DNA of 64,000 nucleotides. It comes from the human T2T-CHM13v2.0 reference genome, Homo sapiens. Positions 44,355-61,522 of this stretch are shown here, in pieces. Under the pieces are notes generated by a model. It searched no databases and was not told the DNA's origin. It was given only the letters and a program-made list of their open reading frames with translations. The stretch lies in assembly GCF_009914755.1 (NCBI RefSeq), contig NC_060947.1; one strand, given 5' to 3'. Positions within the stretch are counted from its first letter, which is position 1, and the number at the start of each line of letters is the position of its first letter. The translations under genes were made by a program, and so were the position numbers.

Positions 44355-45709
44355 TTTTTTTTTTTTTTGTAAAATTTATTTTTTTATTATACTTTAAGTT
44401 TTAGGGTACATGTGCACAATGTGCAGGTTTGTTACATATGTATACATGTGCCATGTTGGTGTGCTGCACCCATTAACTCGTCATTTAGCATTAGGTATAT
44501 CTCCTACTGCTATCCCTCCCCCTCCCCCCACCCCACAACAGGCCCCGGTGTGTGATGTTCCCCTTCCTGTGTCCATGTGTTCTCATTGTTCAATTCCCAC
44601 CTATGAGTGAGAATATGCGGTGTTTGGTTTTCTGTCTTTGTGATAGTTTGCTCAGAATGATGGTTTCCAGCTTCATCCATGTCCCTACAAAGGACATGAA
44701 CTCATCCTTTTTTATGGCTGCATAGTATTCCATGGTGTATATGTGTCACATTTTCTTAATCCAGTCTATCACTGATGGACATTTGGGTTGGTTTCAAGTC
44801 TTTGCTATTGTGAATAGTGCCACAATAAACATATGTGTGCATGTGTCTTCATAGCAGCACGATTTATAATCGTTTGGGTATATACCCAGTAATGGGATGG
44901 CTGGGTCAAATGGTATTTCTAGTTCTAGATCCCTGAGGAATCGCCACACTGACTTCCACAATGGTTGAACTAGTTTACAGTCCCACCAACAGTGTAAAAG
45001 TGTTCCTATTTCTCCACATCCTCTCCAGCACCTGTTGTTTCCCGACTTTTTAATGATCACCATTCTAACTGGTGTGAGATGGTATCTCATTGTGGTTTTG
45101 ATTTGCATTTCTCTGATGGCCAGTGATGATGAGCATTTTTTTCATGTGTCTTTTGGCTGCATAAATGTCTTCTTTTGAGAAGGGACTGTTCATATCCTTC
45201 GCCCACTTTTTGATGGGGTTGTTGGTTTTTTTCTTGTAAATTTGTTTAAGTTCTTTGTAGATTCTGGATATTAGCCCTTTGTCAGACGAGTAGATTGCAA
45301 AAATTTTCTCCCATTCTGTAGGTTGCCTGTTCACTCTGATGGTAGTTTCTTTTGCTGTGCAGAAGCTCTTTAGTTTAATTAGATCCCATTTGTCAATTTT
45401 GGCTTTCATTGCCATTGCTTTTGGTGTTTTAGACATGAAGTCCTTGCCCATGCCTATGTCCTGAATTGTATTGCCTAGGTTTTCTTCTAGGGTTTTTATG
45501 GTTTTAGGTCTAACATTTAAGTCTTTAATCCATCTTGAATTAATTTTCGTATAGGGTGTAAGGAAGGGATGCAGTTTCAGCTTTCTACATACGGCTGGCC
45601 AGTTTTCCCAGCACCATTTATTAAATAGGGAATCTTTCCCCATTTCTTGTTTTTGTCAGGTTTGTCAAAGATCAGATAGTTGTGGATATGTGGCATTATT
45701 TCTGAGGGG
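44355..45709 (-). mobile_element. 5'-truncated L1PA (L1PA3/4-like)
   Basis: ORF2 C-terminal peptides (ORFs 44794..45108, 45065..45643). TSD tagcaacttgtttt at 44341 and 45710. Confidence 0.95.
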
Positions 45710-48414
45710 TAGCAACTTGTTTTAGAAGAAAAAAAGTTCCATGTTTTTAAAAAATGAAATAGATGTAAGAGGTTGAGAGAAGCCAGCAAAGTCTTCCTCC
45801 TTGGCCATCTCTTCTCTCTGAACTTCCATCCATCTATCTATATATTTTATTCTCATCTCTTTTATGTTAGTGTCTTTAGGGAGGTTTTAAGAAACTCAGC
45901 TTCAGTTTTATCTCCTTGAAAACTGTGATCCAACAGCCTAAGGAGAAAATCTAACAAGAGGTTATGGGGTCAGTAAAATGCCTTAAAACAATGACATTCT
46001 GTACTAGGAGAAGGAAGACAAGAAGCCAGCCAGCTCCTCTACCTTAGCCCACACATCTCTCCTAACCTCCATCTTCCTACCACTGACCCTTACCTTTTTA
46101 TTTACTCCATTTTTATTTCTGGATATTATATCATCACCTGTGCTGTGTGAGTATCTTTACATTGGTTTGGGGGGACCATTGGCCTGCCTTAGGGTTATAA
46201 GTGTCATAACCATAAAAATTCATCAAAGATTATTATGGAAAGGAGTAATGTCTTAAAATGTTAGGATAAGAAGTGAAAGAGACCTAGAAGCCAAACAAAT
46301 CCTGCCCTTGTACAGTACCTCTCTCCTAATTTCCATCATCCCTCTCTACCTTTTCTCCTTTCCCCTCTTACTGTTGAATATCAGCTCTGCTGTGTTAGTG
46401 TCTCTGAAGAGGCTGTGGAGAGAATCAGTCTTTAATTTTTGCAATATCATGGACTGTCAGTGGTCACTTAAAGAGTGGAATTTAGCAATAGTTGATACAA
46501 AAGGAAAAGTCTTTATAATAAAAAAGGTATCAGAAAAAGAAAGATGACGAAGAGTCAACAAACTCCTGTCTTTGGCTTGACAATTTTCCTTATATCCACC
46601 TGTCTATTACTCATTTCCCTTCTCTTTTCCTCTTCTACTTCTTTGATACTTATTAATCAGTTCTGCTGCATTAGTGTTTCTTCAGAAGGTTTAGGGAAAA
46701 ATCCAGCCTTGATCATCTCAACCTTGAGGACTATTGGTTGCTCTATCTAAATGCTGGGAACCAGAGTGACAAACAAGTCATAGAATCTGAAGAAAGATAA
46801 CAAGCAAAATGTACACAAATGGGACAGAGGGAGAAGTAGGACCAGGATCCAGTTAACTCTTGCCCTTTAGTAACAAGATCTTTCCTTTCATCTCCCTAAA
46901 CACCTGTTACCTTCTTTCTTTTTTCACCTCACTTCTGCTCTCTTCACCTTGCCAAAGGGGCTGTTAGTGCTTTCTGTCCATATGGCCTGGTAAGCTGTAA
47001 TGGCCCTCAGTAGGAGCTAGTGGTGTGGAGGTCTTGCCAGCTAAAAAAAAAGCAGGTTGTGATGACCTCCCCCTGGTTTAATCTGTGCTGCTGTGGACAC
47101 ATTTTATCCCATGAGCACAGCCAGGCTAATGCCAATTTGCAGTGTGCCAGAACTCATTCCCGGGATGTCTGTCAAAAAACATTAGTCGACTGAGAGACTT
47201 CTAGTTCCTCAGTGATATGGTTGAGGTTGGGTATAGAGATAAGTGCACTGTATTCCTATAAAGGTGTTTCCAAATCACAATGTGTTTATTGGAGATCAAG
47301 ACACCCAGGTGGGAATTTGTGGGGTGTATGCGGCAGGATGAAGCTTCCTGGGAGCAAGGGGTGGTAATTTTTGAGGTGTATTTGAGGTGGACATCTCCTT
47401 TTAGTTTCTCTGCCAGAAAAAGGGTAATTAGGCAAATCTTCAAGAAAAGAGTGGTACAGTAGACAATAACCAGACTGAATTGCTGGCTCTTAGGCCTTAA
47501 GGCAGAAAGTGAGATTTGGGGGACCCTTTCTCCCTCGCTTTTGCTAATTCTACATTGCCATTTTAACATGCTATGAATATTAGGTAAACAGGAGTATGAA
47601 GCTTATCAAAGTGAGAGATACTGCTTTCTAGTGCATGCTGTGCCTATTGACCCTGAGGACTGTAATGGTGGCAGAAGCATTCACAACCCCTTTCTCTCAA
47701 GAAAGATGGCTCTACTTTTCCAGCCCAGGCTTTTAAGATACAGGCCAAGCACAAGAGATCCCATCCTTCACCCACAACAGCAGGTCAATGGGCAGTTGGT
47801 CAATTTTCTTATGTAATATTTGTTAACTGCCAAATGTGGTTAGGCATGGTAAATGAATTAAAGCTATTCATTAAAGATTTTAAATGATACATATTTGTAC
47901 ATATCTGTAGGGTATATGTGATATATTGTCACATGCATAGAATTGTAATGATCAAATCAGTGAATTTAGGATATCCAACACCTTGAGTATTTATCATTTC
48001 TGTGTGTTCGGAACATTTCAAGACCCCTCTTCTGGCTACTATGAAATACACAATACATTGTTGTTAACTATAATTACCCTACTCTGCTATTGAACAAGAG
48101 AACTTTTCCCTTCTATCTAACTGTATGTTTATACTCATTAACCAGCCTCTCTTCATCCTGCCCCCTCTCTCACCCTTCCCAGCCCCTACTAACTATCATT
48201 CTACTCTCTACTTCCGTGAGATCAAAATTTTTAGCTCCCAGATATGAGTGAAAATATACAATATTTGTCTTTCTGAGCATGGCTTATTTCACTTAACATA
48301 ATGACCTCCAGTTCCATCCACGTTGCTGCAAATGACATGATTTCATTCTTGTTTATGGCCAAATAGTTGTCCATTGTGTGTATATACCACATTTTTTGAA
48401 GGCCATTAAACTTT

Positions 48415-50532
<2,118 letters not shown>

Positions 50533-52970
50533 TATATATTTTCTTTATCCACTTGTTCATTGATGAACACACTTAGGTTGATTCCATATCTTTGTTATTG
50601 TTAATAGTGCTGCAATATACATAGGAGTGCAGGTATTCCTTAGATATACTGATTTCTTTTCCTGTGGATAAATACTCAGTAGTGGGATTGCTGGATCATA
50701 TGGTAGTTCTATTTTTAGTTTTTTCATAAATCTTCACACTGTTTTCCATAGTGGCTATACTAATTTACATTCACAACAGTGTACATGAGTTCCCTTTTCT
50801 CCTCATCCTTGCCAGCATCTGGTTGTTGTTGTTTTTGTTTGTTTTTGTCTTTTTAATAGTAGCCATTCTAACCAAGGTAAGATTTTTTGTGTGGTTTTAA
50901 TTTGTATTTCCCATTTGATTAGTGATGTTGAGCATTTTTTCATACACCTATTGGCAATCTGTATGTCTTATTTTAAGAAATTTCTATTCATGTTCTTTGC
51001 CCACTTTTTAACGGGATTATTTGTTTTTGTTTTTGTTTTTGTTTTTTATTGAGTTGTTTGAGTTCCTTGTATATTCTGGATATTAGTCCCTTGTTGGATG
51101 AATAGTTTACAAATATTTTCTGCCATTCAACAGGTTGTCTCTTCACTCTGTTGATTGTTTCCTTTACTGTGCAGAAGCTTTTTGGTTTAATATAGTCTCA
51201 CTTGTCTGTTTTTGTTTTTGTTGCCTGTGCTTTTGAAGTCTTAGCCATAAAATCTTTGCCTACACTAATGTCCTGAAGTGCTTCCCCTATGTTTTCTTCT
51301 AGTAGGTTTATAGTTTCGAGTCTTATGTTTAGGTCTTCAATCCATCTGGAGTTCATTTTTGTATATGATGAAAAATAGGAGTCCAGTTTCATCCTTCCGA
51401 ATATGGATATCTAATTTTCCCAGCACCATTTATTGAAGAGGGTGCCCTTTCCCCAGTGTATGTCCTTAGAAATTTTTTTGAAAATAAGTTGGCTGTAAAT
51501 ATGTGGATTTATTTCTGGGTTCACTATTCTGTCCCATTCATCTATGTGTCTGCCTTTATATGAATACTGTGTCATTTTGATTACTATAGCCTGGTGACAC
51601 ATCTTGAAGTCAGGTAGTATGATGCCTCCAGCTTTGTTCTTTTTGCTCAGGGTTGCTTTGGCTACTTGGACTCTTTATTCATTCCAAGTGAATTTTAGGA
51701 TTTTTTTTCTATTTTCTGTGAAATATGACATTGGTATTTTGACAGGAATTGCATGAAATCTGTAGATTGTTTTGAGTAGTATGGTCATTTTAACAATATT
51801 AATTCTTTCAATCCATGAGCGTGGGGTGTCTTTCCATTTGTGTCCTCTTCAATACCTTTCATCAGAGATTTCCTTGTAAAGGTCTTTCACCTCCTTGGTT
51901 AAGTTTATTCCTAGATATTTCAGTAGCTACTGTAAATGGGATTGCCTTCTTGATTTCTCTCTCAGCTAGATCAATATTGGTGCATAAAAACACTACTGAT
52001 TTCTGTACGTTGATTTTATATCCTGCAATTTTACTGTATTTAATGATCAGATCTAAGAATTTCTTGGTGGAGTCTTTAGGTTTGTCTTGATATAAGCTCA
52101 TGACATATGCAAAGAAGGACAATTTGACTTCCCCCTTTCCAGTATGGACCTTTCTTTTTCCTACTTGGTTGCTCTGGGTACGACTTCCAGTAATACATTG
52201 AATAGGAGTGATGAAAGTGTGCATCCTTGTCTTGTTCCATTTCTCAGAGGAAAGGTTTTCAGCATTTTCCCATTCAGTCTGATTTCAGCTGTGGGTTTGT
52301 CATACATAGCCTTCATTATGTCGAGGTACAATCCTTCTATGCCTAGTTTGTTGAGAGTTTTTATTATGAAGGGATGCTGACTTTTACCCAGTGATTTTTC
52401 TGCGTCTATTGAGATGATCATACAGATTTGGTGTTCATTCTGTTGATGCAATGTATTACATTTATTGATTTGCATATGTTGAACCATTCTTGCATCCCTG
52501 GGATAAATCCCACTTGATCATGGTGTATCTTTTGGATAGATTGTAGGATACAGATTGCTAGTATTTTGTTGAGGACTTTTGCATCTATGTTCATCATGGA
52601 TATTTGCCTGTAGTTTTTTGTTGTTGTTGCATCCTTGTCTGGTTTTGCTGTCAGAGTAATGCTGGCATCATAGAATGAGTTAGGGAGAATTCCCTCCCCT
52701 TGATATTTTTGGAATAGTTTGAGGAGAATTGGTATTAGTTCTTCTTTGTGAGTTTGGTAGAATTCAGCAGTGAAGCATTCAGTCCTAGACTTTTATTTGT
52801 TGAAATACTTTTTATTACTGATTCAATCTCATTACTCATTATTGGTCTGTTTAGGTTTTCAATTTCTTCCTGATTAAATTTTGGTAGGTTGCATGCCTCC
52901 AGGAATTTATCCATTTTCTCAAGGTTTTCCAGTTTGCTATCATCCAGTTGTTCATAACAGTCTCTGATGA

Positions 52971-53273
<303 letters not shown>

Positions 53274-54407
53274 GATTTTTCATATTTCTGTGGTATCAAT
53301 TGTAATGTCTCCTTTCTTATTTCTGATTTTATTTATTTAGATTTTCTCTCTTTTTTGGTTCATCTAGCTAGTGGTTTATTGATTTTATCTTTTGAAAAAA
53401 TTTATTTTGTTGTTCTTTTGTGTTTTTCTTTAGTCTGTTTCATTTAGTTCTGCTCTGATCTTCATTATTGCTTTCCTTCTACTAATTTGGGCTTTGGTTT
53501 GCTCTTGCTTTTCTAGTTCTTTGAGGTGCATCATTAGATTGTTTATTTGACATCCTTCTACTTTTTTGATATTGGCAGTTATTTCTATAAACTTCCCTCT
53601 TAACATTGCTTTTTCTGTTTCCCACAGATTTTGGTATGTTTTGTTTCAATTTCATTTGTGTCAAGAATTTTTTAAATTTCCTCCTTAATTTCTTCTTTGA
53701 CCCAATGGTCATTCGGGAGCATGTTGTTTAATTTCCAGGTATTTGTATAGTTTCCAAAGTTCCTCTTGTTATTGATTTCTAATTAAACTCCTTTGTGGCC
53801 TGAGAAGATATTTGATATGATTTTGATATTCTAAATTTTTTTGAGACTTGTTTTGTATCCTAATGTATAATCTATCCTGGAGAATGTTCCATGTGCTGAT
53901 GAGAAGAATGTGTATTCTATAGCTGTTGGATGAAATGTTCTATAAATCTCTGTTATGTACATTTGGTCTCAAGTGAAGTTTAAATTCAGTGTTTCTTTGT
54001 TAATCTTCCCTCTAGATCATCTGTCTAATACTGACAGTAGGGTGTTCAAGTTCTCACCTATTTTCGTACTGGAGTCTATCTCTCTGTTTAGTTGTAATAG
54101 TATTTGTCTTGGTGCTTTGGTGTCAGAAGCATATATGTTTAGAATTGCTATATAGTACTATTAGATTAATCCCTTTATCATTATGTAATGACCTTCTTTG
54201 TCTCCTTTCACTGTTTTTGACTTAAGTCTGTTTTTTTCTGACATAAGTATAGCTACTCCTGCTTGCTTTAAATTTTTGTTTGCACAGAATGTCTTTTTCC
54301 ATCCCTTTACTTTGACCCTATATGTACATTTACATCTGAGGTGAGTTTCTTGTAGGCAGCATATAGCTGGATCATTTTTTAAATCCATTCAGCCAGTCTA
54401 TATTTTT

Positions 54408-54718
54408 CTTTTGTTTTTGTTGTTGTTGTTGTTTTATTGAAACAAAGTCTCGCTCTGTTGCCCAGGCTGGAGTGCAGTAGTGCGAACTCAGCTCACTGCA
54501 AGCTCCACCTCCTGGGTTCGCCATTCTCCTGGCTCAGCCTCCCAAGTAGCTGGGACTACAGACACCCGCCACCACGCCCGGCTAATTTTTTTGTATTTTT
54601 AGTAGAGACGAAGTTTCACCATGTTAGCCAGGATGGTCTCGATCTCCTGACCTCGTGATCCTCCTGCCTTGGCCTCCCAAAGTGCTGGGATTACAGGCAT
54701 GAGCCACCGCGCCTGGCC
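54408..54718 (-). mobile_element. AluY-like SINE inside L1
   Basis: gcaagctcc, gccattctcc and ttagccaggatggtctcgatc diagnostics. TSD cagtctatat(t/c)ttt. Confidence 0.9.
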
Positions 54719-55128
54719 CAGTCTATATCTTTTAAGTAGAAAGTTTAATCTATTTATATTCAAAGTTATTATTAATATTTGAAGGCTCATTTCTGTCATT
54801 TTATTAATTGATTTCTGCTTATTTTGCATATACTTTGCTTCTTTCTTCCTCTCTTACTGCTTATCATTGTGGTTTGATGGTTTTCTGTAGTGGAAACATT
54901 TGAGTCCCTTCTCTTCCTCATTTGTGTGTTTGCTCTATCAGTGGGTTTTATACTTTCATGTATTTTCATTATGGTATATACTCTCCTTTTTCTTCCAGGT
55001 GTAAGACTCCCTTAAGCATTTTTTATATGGCTAGTCTAGCAGCTATTAATTATTTCAGCTTTTGTTATTTCTCCTTCATTTATGAAAGGCAACTTTCTTC
55101 AGTATAGTATCCTTGGTTGCCAGGTGTT

Positions 55129-55160
<32 letters not shown>

Positions 55161-58029
55161 CAGAACTTTGAGTTTAGCAGCCCATTCTCTCCTGGCCTAT
55201 AACATTTCTGCTGAGAAATTCACTGTCAGTCTAATGGGAACTCCCATCAGACTAAGTGACTAGATGCTTTTCTCTTGCTATTTTTAGAATTATCTTTGAC
55301 TTTTGACAGTTTGACTACAATGTGCCATGGAGAAGACCTTTATAAAGATTTAGGGATCTCTGAGCTTCCTGTATTTGTATGTCTAAATCTTTTGCTACAT
55401 CTGGAAAGTTTTCAGCTATTATTTTGTTAAATAGGTTTTTTATCACTTTCATTTTCTCTTCACCTTCTGGGACACTAAAAATTCACATTATTGGATCACT
55501 TTACAGTGTCCTATATGTCATAGACTTTGTTTATTCTTTTTTAGTATTTTTTCATTTTTGTCTGACTGGGTTATTTCAATGACTTGTCTTCAACTTCTAA
55601 AATTATTTCTTCTGCTTGATCTAGTCTAGTGTTGAATCTTTCAAATGTATTTTATATTTCATTCAATGAATTATTCAGCTTTAGAATTTCTATGTGTTTT
55701 TCTTTTTATTTTAGCTATCTCTTTGGTAAATTTCTCACTCATATCCTGCATTGTTTTTCTGATTTATTTGTATTGTTGTTCTGATTTCTGTGTTCTCTTG
55801 TATCTCACTAAACTTCTTTAGTATCATTATTGTGAATTTTTCTGGGATTTCATAAATTTCTTTTTGATTGGGATCTATTGCTGGAGAAGTATTGTGTTCC
55901 TTTGGAGGCAATGTATTTTTTTTACTTTTTCGTACTTTTTGTGTCCTTGCATTGATATCTGCACATTTGATGTAACAGTTACTTCTTCTAATATTTTAAA
56001 TTTGCTTTTGTAGGGGAGGACTTTTTCCTGAAGATTTACCTATGGTGTTGGTTGGGTAGGACACTTTGGCTTTGATTCTCGGTATGTGCAATAATATAGT
56101 CTCCATGATGATTTATCTGGCTGTAAACAGCATCAGTAGTATTTGTGATTTCCTTGGTGGTATAAGGTGCAGTTGTTGGTGGAGGCTGTGGTGAAGTTTT
56201 TCTGGGGATGGGGACATCAGATGGGCCAGTTCTTGGGCACCAGTGGTAGTAGCAACAGGTCAAACATACCTGTCCATGGGCCTCAGGGAAGTGTACATGG
56301 GCACCAGTGTTAGTGGGTCTAGTCAGGCTGATTCTTGGGCCCTCCAGGCAGCTTGCTCAGATGCCAGCAGCGGCAGTGGTGGGCCGGATGGGTGGGTGGG
56401 TCCTTGGAGCCCTAGCAATTGGGCATAGCATAGGCAATGGTTGTAGCAGAGGCAACACAATCCTCTGACTCCCAAGTGCTTTGTCCTGGTGATGATGGTG
56501 GCTGCAATAGGCTAGGCCAGCCATTCTTGAGGCCTGTAGGTAGCACATGCAGGTGAGTCCCAGCCATGGTGGTAGTGACAAGCTAAGTCAGCCTGTCCTC
56601 AGGTTCCCAGGAGGAGTGCTAAGTTCCAACGGTGGTGAATGGGGCAGAGCAATCTCCAGGCCCCTGGACAGTTTACTCAGGCACTGGGAATTGAGGGGAG
56701 TAGAGCCAGGCCATCTGGTGGTGCACGTGGGTGCTGGCTGTGGTAGGCAGGGGCGAGGTGATCCCTAGATCCCCAGTAGAATGCTCAGGTTGGGGCTGAG
56801 GTGGCTGTGCTGCAGCCCTACTGCTGGAGAAGGCATGGTTGCTTTCAGTGGCAGCAGCCATAAACAGGTAGCTTGGGAGCATGTGCTTTGGCCCTGATAT
56901 AAGCAGGGGAGCCTTTCCTCAGGGCTCTTTTAAATATGTAGCAGCACTGCTACTAGGAGTGACAGGGTCACTGCCAATGACTCGTGTTTCGCCCTGGCAG
57001 CAGCAGCCAACAATAAAGCCCAGCCCTGCATTCAAGGTATTCAACCCCATTGATGGGGTTCCAAGGATGTGGAAATGCAGGGGCTGTTGGGCCCCTGGTC
57101 AGGATGTAGTCTGATGGGGGCTGGGCTCTCAAAATGGCACCCTGCTGTGGCTGCTTAGGACTCTGGGGTATGCAGGAACCACTCAAGCTCCCTCTCTAGA
57201 GAAATGCCATTATACAATCTCTAGGCAACTCCTTCAAAGCCCATGTGGGTTGAGGGCTCTCCCAGGGCTAGGATTGCAGGAGTCCACATTGAGAATATGG
57301 ACTGCTAGGGGTCTCTCACTTGTCCTTTACCCATGCTGGGGCACCTCTTCAGGCTTCCAGATGATCCCAGCCAAGCAGGCTACCTTACTTCTTTCTCATT
57401 CCTTGAGTCAGATGTTTCCTGTCACTTCTCTATTGAATTCCAGCATTCTCTCTTAGGAAATATATTCAAAGTGTGATTATCTACTCACTATTTTATTTCT
57501 TCTTTGTATGGGAGGTGAGTTCTGGATGCCTCTATTCAGCCATCTTGAGGCCCCTTTCATTGGAGTTTTATCCTCAGCATTTTATTTGAATATAAGTTTA
57601 AGGAGTGAGAATGGAGAGTTGGGTAACAGTTAGGCTTAAACCCCAATGGTAGCCTCTGCTAGACTTTCTACACAAGTGAGGCTCTCTGCTGAATTTATTA
57701 CAGGGGGAATAAAATGGGAGAAAACACTGAGTCTTATTTTCCCTCATGAAGAAAGCCTTTGGGAGAAAACTCATCATGATGAATTAATGTTAATTTTTAA
57801 AATACTTTGTGGTTATCAGAATGAAGGAGTGATTCCCAGTGATGTAAACTATTTGACTCTTTGTCCAGTCTCATTGACTCATACCCCACTTATGAAAAGA
57901 AGAGGAAGGGGCTGTAAGTAATAACTGAAAAAGCTGTTTCACTAAAATGTTTTCTAAGACTGTCTTGTTATCCGTGGTAAAGAAATGTAAAATTAAGAGA
58001 AGCACGGATGGAGGTGCTGACTCTACAGA

Positions 58030-58490
58030 TATTGTTTATGTTTAGTTTGTGAATAAATTCACCAAGCTATACACGTAAAGATATGTGCACTTCTCTATAC
58101 AATTATTACACTTCAATAAAACCTTTTTTAGACTGTTAAAAAAGAGAGGAAACATTAAAGAATGGATATGGATTTGGGTAATAAAGGTGTATGCATTTAT
58201 CAAAACTCATCAAGTACATTTCATTGATGTAAATTTTACCTCAAAAAATGAAGAAAGAAAAAGAACTGTAAACAAACACTGAATTTTAGTTAATGACCTG
58301 CATGCTGAAATCTTTAAGGGTGAAGTATACTAATGTCTCCAACTTACTTTGAAATGAACCCCAAAGTGAAATGGTTTGATAGATGAGTAGAAAAATAATT
58401 GTAGAATCTGAGTGTGACTATGTGGGTATTCACTGTATAATTCTTTCTATTTTTCTGTATGTTTGATCATTTTTATATTAAAATGTTGGA
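58030..58490 (+). mobile_element. Old L1ME/L1MC 3' end fragments
   Basis: aattcaccaagctatacac...cttcaataaa; gaagtatactaatgtctccaacttactttgaaatg...ctgtatgtttga...aaaatgttgga. Confidence 0.65.
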
Positions 58491-58792
58491 GGGTTCTAAA
58501 GAAGGGAGGAAGAATTCTACCCATCTGTTTATGAATAGAAATGATGGCTTCAGCTCATTGAAGACCCTAACACATTAATAGTAATTAGCAGGATATAGTT
58601 ATCCAGCAAAAGTAGCAGCAATTCCTAGGCTGCTACTTGTCCCAGAAGATAATAATGCCCAATGGAGCTGGCAGAGCTCACATGGAGATACTCCTTTCAC
58701 AAGGCTTAGGTGGCAGAAGCACCAGATGGTAGCCACAGCAAATTAGAAGAAAGTGGTGGATACTATGTAGTAGTTGTTAAGATTCATTTATT

Positions 58793-59123
58793 GTCTGGGT
58801 GCAGTGGCTCATGCCTGTAATCCCAGCACTTTGGGAGGCCGAGGCAGGCAGATCACTTGAGGTCAGGAGTTCGAGACCAGCCAGGCCAACATGGTGAAAC
58901 CCCATCTCTACCAAAAATACAAAACTTGGGAGGGCATGGTGGCATGCGCCTGTAATCCCAGCTACTTGGGAGGCTGAGGCACGAGAATCGCTTGAACCCG
59001 GGGGGTGGTGTGGAGGTTGCAGTGAGCCGAGATCACACCACTGCACTCCAGCCTGGGCGACACAGCGAGACTCTGCACTCCAGCCTGGGTAACAGAGCGA
59101 GATTCTATCTCAAAAAAAAAAGA
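58793..59123 (+). mobile_element. AluS SINE with a 32-bp internal duplication
   Basis: TSD aagattcatttat at 58779 and 59124. Confidence 0.93.
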
Positions 59124-59584
59124 AAGATTCATTTATGGATACATGTCAGATACCCTGGGATTTGTACCATCATATACAACCAAGCTGTCAGTTTCACTCA
59201 TTGGCATTTCTGTAAATCACAAATTTCTAAAGTACTCATCACTAGAATCTGAAGCAATCCACTGTGTTTATCATGTTAGGCTGAAGAAAAGTTTGCTATA
59301 ACACCCATCGGGTCAAACTTTTTCAACATTTTCCAATTACATAAAGCATTGTATTTGTACGCAATGAAGAAAGACTAAAAATACAGGTAAATGAAACAAA
59401 TCAAAATATTTGCTTAAAGTTGGCACCTATGTTTGTCCATGTGGCAGCCACATTACATAAAGACACATGAACTAAAATGGAAGAATGCATATTTTCTCCA
59501 TTATGCCTGCAGTTTCAGGGACATAGTGCCCTAACAATTAATTTCATATTCAAGGCTGTCTTGATTGCTAATAAATGATCCTAG

Positions 59585-59860
<276 letters not shown>

Positions 59861-60259
59861 TAAAAAACCTAAGGCCAGCTTTTCAAAGTATCTCAGTATG
59901 ATCTTTATACACTAACAGTCATCTTATGATCAAGTGATTTTCCTCAGAAGTGATTCAAAGATGCCACAAAACAACTGCAGGTGATGCTATTGCATTTGAA
60001 AACTAAACCCCTGAATAAAGAAGCTGTTGAGAATGAGATCTTTTAAAATCCAGTGCTTGGAAATAAGTTAACTTAATTTTTAATGAATTTTATTTGTAAT
60101 ATGCCTATAACAATTTACAGTATTACAAGAACCTGAGCCAGGCAAAGGGTGGGGGCAGTGGGAACAGGTAAGGAAGACTGATAGTCTGAAACAGAAAATT
60201 AGATTTTACATTATTTATGTGATTGCTTTGTTTTAATAAGTTCCATGAATCTCAGTACA

Positions 60260-60431
60260 CCCAAGTGAATTAGGGTCTAATAAAGAGTGTACATTGCCTA
60301 TATGTATATTGAATGGAAATGTTTTCCTGCCTGCTAAAGTATCTTAGAAAATAATTAAATTACCTAGATTGCTCATTTTCACAAAATCAAGATAAGAATA
60401 TTAAAAGCAGAAAGTCATGGTTAAAAATGCA
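60260..60431 (+). repeat. Local direct duplication, copy 1 (copy 2 at 61351-61522)
   Basis: About 170 bp collinear match starting cccaagtgaattagg. Confidence 0.9.
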
Positions 60432-60566
60432 CATTTTTCATGTGTTCCCCTATGGCTAGAAATCCTATTATTTAAAAACCAGGAATTAAACAGATAAATT
60501 AGGGGAAAGTTATTCATGCTACACAAAGGACCCTTCAAATATATTTTTAAGTAAATCGTTCCCTCA

Positions 60567-60960
<394 letters not shown>

Positions 60961-61350
60961 GATAAGGGAGAACAGTAGGCAACACAGACCAGAAAAAAGA
61001 TATAGAGATACATTCTGTACCATCTATGCAGCTCCACCTTAAATGGGTTACGTCAGAACATAATACAAGTGAAATCTTACTTTATGCAATTGGTGTGTTC
61101 TAGAAAAGTTATGGGTTAAACATACTTTTTTCGTTCAGTTAAGCCACTTACTAGTTAAATGGTACCCTGTGGTTGTAGCGATTATGCCTGCCAGATTTTT
61201 CCAAGATAGTCTTATTTTAAAACATTCTGTTTTAGGGTCCGATCAAGTGTCCTAATTTGCTTTAGTAAATATGGTCACAATCCCTATGATGAATCCTTTG
61301 TAATCAAAAAAATTTTTAATGTACTAAACTGATATTTACTGGAAAATAAT

Positions 61351-61522
61351 CCCAAGTGAATTAGGCTCTAATACAGAGTGTATGTTGCCTACACATATAT
61401 TGAATGGAAATGTTTTCCTGCTTGCTAAAGTATTTTTGAAAATAATTAGATTACCTAAGTTGCCCATTTTCATAGAAATCAAGATAAAAATATCAAAAGC
61501 ATAAAGTCATGGTTCAAATGCA
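61351..61522 (+). repeat. Local direct duplication, copy 2
   Basis: Matches 60260-60431. Confidence 0.9.

Noticed and set aside
47201-47569. 122-aa minus-strand ORF
   Set aside because: No recognisable domain. It is more plausibly chance or part of the decayed segment discussed in the findings.
56000-57500. GC-richer region as a promoter or CpG island
   Set aside because: It is CpG-depleted and explained as the 5' UTR of the old L1.
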